DNA of 64,000 nt from assembly GCA_964390845.1 (NCBI GenBank), contig CAYMIL010000002.1:33885-97884 (forward strand), written 5' to 3'. Made by a program: the position numbers and the translations under genes. The notes beneath the pieces are model-generated. The model ran no database searches. It saw only the letters and a list, made by a program, of their open reading frames with translations, and was not told the origin of the DNA. The stretch is from an uncultured Candidatus Saccharibacteria bacterium. GTDB lineage: Bacteria; Patescibacteriota; Minisyncoccia; Phycocordibacterales; CALRHW01. Shown piece by piece: positions 61,440-64,000 of this stretch (position 1 is its first letter; each line of letters opens with the position of its first letter).

Positions 61440-62966
61440 ATGAAACGACCCTCCTCGTCTCGAAAAAAGGCAGATTCCTCCTTGCCCGACACATCAGCTC
61501 GGGTTGATTTTACCGTACCAGAAGAGGTTTCACGAGTAACAAAAACCCTGAAAAATGCTGGTTTTGAGGCCTTTTTAGTCGGTGGATGCGTCCGAGACCT
61601 CCTTATGGGTCGAACCCCCAAAGACTGGGATGTTACGACAAATGCAACTCCTGAAGAAATTATTCCACTCTTTCCAAAGACGTTTTATGAAAATCCGTAT
61701 GGCACAGTAGGTGTTGTACACGAAGGAACCGAAGATCCCACACTTAAAGTCGTGGAAGTCACTCCATACCGCCTTGAAACGAGCTATTCCGACGGTAGAC
61801 GCCCCGATTCAGTGCAATTCAGTAAAAGACTCGAGGACGACCTAAAACGTCGTGATTTCACGATTAACGCGATTGCGATGGGGTCCGATGGAGAGATTGT
61901 GGACTTGTATGGAGGCATAAAGGACATTCACGCGGGAATCATTCGAACTGTGGGTGATGCGGGGGAGCGCTTCTCTGAAGACGGCCTGCGTATCATGCGT
62001 GCAGTACGTCTCTTTGCAGAACTTGGCTTTTCTATCGACCAAGATACAGAAGAGGGCATAAAAAAAATGGCTACAATGCTTGGTAAAATAGCAAAAGAGC
62101 GTATTCGTGATGAGTTTGTGAGAATTATAGAGTCTCCTCGGCCAGCGCAGGGCCTCGAAATGTCCTTTAAGCTTGGTATTCTTGGCTACATCGTGCCCGA
62201 GCTCGAACAGGGAATTGGTATAAGACAAAACCAAGCGCATGCATTTGATGTGTGGACACATCTTTTAAAAACACTTCAACACGCCGCAGACAAACAGTGG
62301 CCCCTACATATTCGTCTCGCCGCACTATTCCACGACGTAGGGAAGCCGAAAACACGTCGCTTTGATGAAGGTAAGAAAGACTACACATTCTACGGACACG
62401 AAGTTGTCGGCGCACGCATGACAGAAAAAATCATGCAGAACCTTCGTTTTTCCAACGACCTCACCGATCAAGTCGTCAAACTCGTACGCTGGCACATGTT
62501 TTTCTCAGATACAGAGCAAATAACGCTCTCAGCAGTACGCCGTCTCATCGCAAAAGTCGGGAAAGAGAACGTCTGGGACCTTATGAATGTCCGTATTTGC
62601 GACCGTATAGGCACCGGTCGCCCTAAGGAAAACCCGTATCGTCTACGAAAATACAAATCTATGATAGAGGAGGTGATGCGCGACCCCGTCTCTGTGGGTA
62701 TGCTCAAGATAGATGGAAAAGGGGTCATGGAAGCCGCACATATACCAGCAGGGCCAAAAATTGGGCATATTTTGCATGCACTCCTTGAGGAGGTACTCGA
62801 TGACCCGACACGAAACACCTCTGAATATCTACAGGAGCGAGCACTCACACTATCTACACTTTCAGAAACAGAGCTTGAAGCAATAGGAAAAAAGGGAAGA
62901 GAGAAGAAAGAGGAAGAAGATGAAAAAGGAGTAAAAGAGATTCGAGACAAGTATCACGTCGAATAA
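61440..62966 (+). CDS. cca: CCA tRNA nucleotidyltransferase with HD domain
   Basis: LVGGCVRDLL, DWDVTT, DLKRRDFTINA, EDGLRIMR, LFHDVGK. Confidence 0.92.
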   Translation: MKRPSSSRKKADSSLPDTSARVDFTVPEEVSRVTKTLKNAGFEAFLVGGCVRDLLMGRTPKDWDVTTNATPEEIIPLFPKTFYENPYGTVGVVHEGTEDPTLKVVEVTPYRLETSYSDGRRPDSVQFSKRLEDDLKRRDFTINAIAMGSDGEIVDLYGGIKDIHAGIIRTVGDAGERFSEDGLRIMRAVRLFAELGFSIDQDTEEGIKKMATMLGKIAKERIRDEFVRIIESPRPAQGLEMSFKLGILGYIVPELEQGIGIRQNQAHAFDVWTHLLKTLQHAADKQWPLHIRLAALFHDVGKPKTRRFDEGKKDYTFYGHEVVGARMTEKIMQNLRFSNDLTDQVVKLVRWHMFFSDTEQITLSAVRRLIAKVGKENVWDLMNVRICDRIGTGRPKENPYRLRKYKSMIEEVMRDPVSVGMLKIDGKGVMEAAHIPAGPKIGHILHALLEEVLDDPTRNTSEYLQERALTLSTLSETELEAIGKKGREKKEEEDEKGVKEIRDKYHVE

Positions 62967-62973
62967 ATCAGCC

Positions 62974-63209
62974 AAACAAAAACCGCCCGACGCAGTCCTC
63001 GTGAAAGCGTAGAGCGGTTGAGAAGTCCGCTCAGAAGAACAGATAGGGAGCCGGAAGCTATATCTCATTTGGGGGAGAAATTGAAGATATATATGTCCGA
63101 TATGATCCCGTCTGCCCAAGCGACCCTCGTGGGGTGGCCGACCCAATTCCTGACAGAACTATTGAGGTAAATGTCCTTTAGGGGGACTAAACGGACTCTC
63201 CTCGGCTCT
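62974..63209 (-). ncRNA. unidentified structured ncRNA candidate
   Basis: Extended -10 TGCTATACT (63216-63224); terminal stem GAGAGTCCGTTTAG/CTGAGCGGACTTCTC; terminator at 62974-63019. Confidence 0.55.
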
Positions 63210-63268
63210 GGCAAAAGTATAGCACGCATAAAAAAATGTAAAAGACATTTCCTGTGGATAAGTGTCCT

Positions 63269-64000
63269 TTATGCTTTCAAAAAGAGCGCGAGTGGACAAT
63301 GATCTGACCCCCCAACAGTGTGGAGCATGTCCATCGACTGAACCCGAGGCAACATGTCTGGACTCACGAAAAAATAATCGATACGCCAGCCAACATTGCG
63401 TTCACGCGCAAATGTTTTCATATCCCAATAGCTATAGGCATCTTTTTTATCTGGGTACAAATAGCGAAACACGTCTACATACCCGTGTTCGATAACACTA
63501 TCTATCCACGCCCGCTCCTCGGGGAGAAAACCTGTATGCTCAGCGTTTTCTTTCGGTCGAGCGAGATCTATTTCTTTATGAGCAGTGTTGACGTCGCCAC
63601 AAAAAATGACCCCCTTGCCGGTTTTTCTCAATTTCTCAATATAGTTTAAAAACTCGGCGTAAAAATTGAGTTTATACTGAAGGCGCTCTGGGCCACCACC
63701 TCCATTGGGGAAATATACGTTTACCAAGACAAAATCGTTAAAATGAGCTGCGATTAGACGACCTTCATCATCGAGAGTCGGGACACCCATGATGTACTCG
63801 ACGTGTTCAGGCTCTTTTTTTGAGTATATGGCGACACCACTGTAGCCCTTTTTCTGCTTAGGAAAATCAAAAAAAGCATGGTATCCCTTTGGCGCACGCA
63901 CCTCATTTGGCAATTGATCCGGCTCAGCCTTCATTTCCTGCAAACAAAACATATCTGGAGACTCTTTGATGAGCCAATCCCACTGGCCCTTCCTATGAAG
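63269..64000 (-). CDS. xth: exodeoxyribonuclease III, 5'-partial
   Basis: CLQEMK, GYSGVA, VYFPNG, GDVNTAH, GWRIDY, SDHCP; frame open to the window end. Confidence 0.95.
   Translation of the reverse strand, partial: LHRKGQWDWLIKESPDMFCLQEMKAEPDQLPNEVRAPKGYHAFFDFPKQKKGYSGVAIYSKKEPEHVEYIMGVPTLDDEGRLIAAHFNDFVLVNVYFPNGGGGPERLQYKLNFYAEFLNYIEKLRKTGKGVIFCGDVNTAHKEIDLARPKENAEHTGFLPEERAWIDSVIEHGYVDVFRYLYPDKKDAYSYWDMKTFARERNVGWRIDYFFVSPDMLPRVQSMDMLHTVGGSDHCPLALFLKA

Noticed and set aside
63190-63204. GAGGAGAGTCCG resembling the RNase P RNA motif GAGGAAAGUCC
   Set aside because: It sits at the extreme 5' end with no room for P1-P3, no ACAGAA..CGGC 3' motif is seen, and it is explained by the terminal stem

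Overview
This is a core chromosomal segment of a Patescibacteria (CPR, Parcubacteria-like) genome using translation table 11. The lineage is inferred from rpmD/L30 missing between rpsE and rplO, a short trigger factor, split comEC, pilin and Cys-rich surface genes, and very compact packing. Left to right it holds: small accessory genes; a glycan-modification cluster (deacetylase, methyltransferase, APH-like kinase, GT4, FemAB-like, Wzx); lexA with a palindromic operator; cls; infC-rpmI-rplT; a beta-CASP RNase; ndk-map-adk-secY; the spc/S10/str ribosomal cluster (minus strand) with a Cys-rich peptidoglycan-binding gene inserted between fusA and tuf; split comEC around a superoxide dismutase; four minor pilins; rnhA, recJ, pgk, tpiA, pilC/pilB; large surface proteins; nusA, ppa; a duplicated two-gene envelope module with a dockerin; tig, rsmE, clpP, rny, HU; four tRNAs; a parS/DnaA-box cluster around yraN; cca; and a partial xth. 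The most notable signals not explained by the gene list are: three unannotated structured-RNA candidates (about 11654-11815, 56563-56711 and 62974-63209); three coexisting translation-start patterns (leaderless, ACGACC-ATG, and SD in accessory genes); internal sigma70 promoters in the ribosomal cluster; parS sites embedded in coding sequence; and the A-B-A'-B' envelope module. All calls come from reading motifs by eye; no database search or folding program was run.
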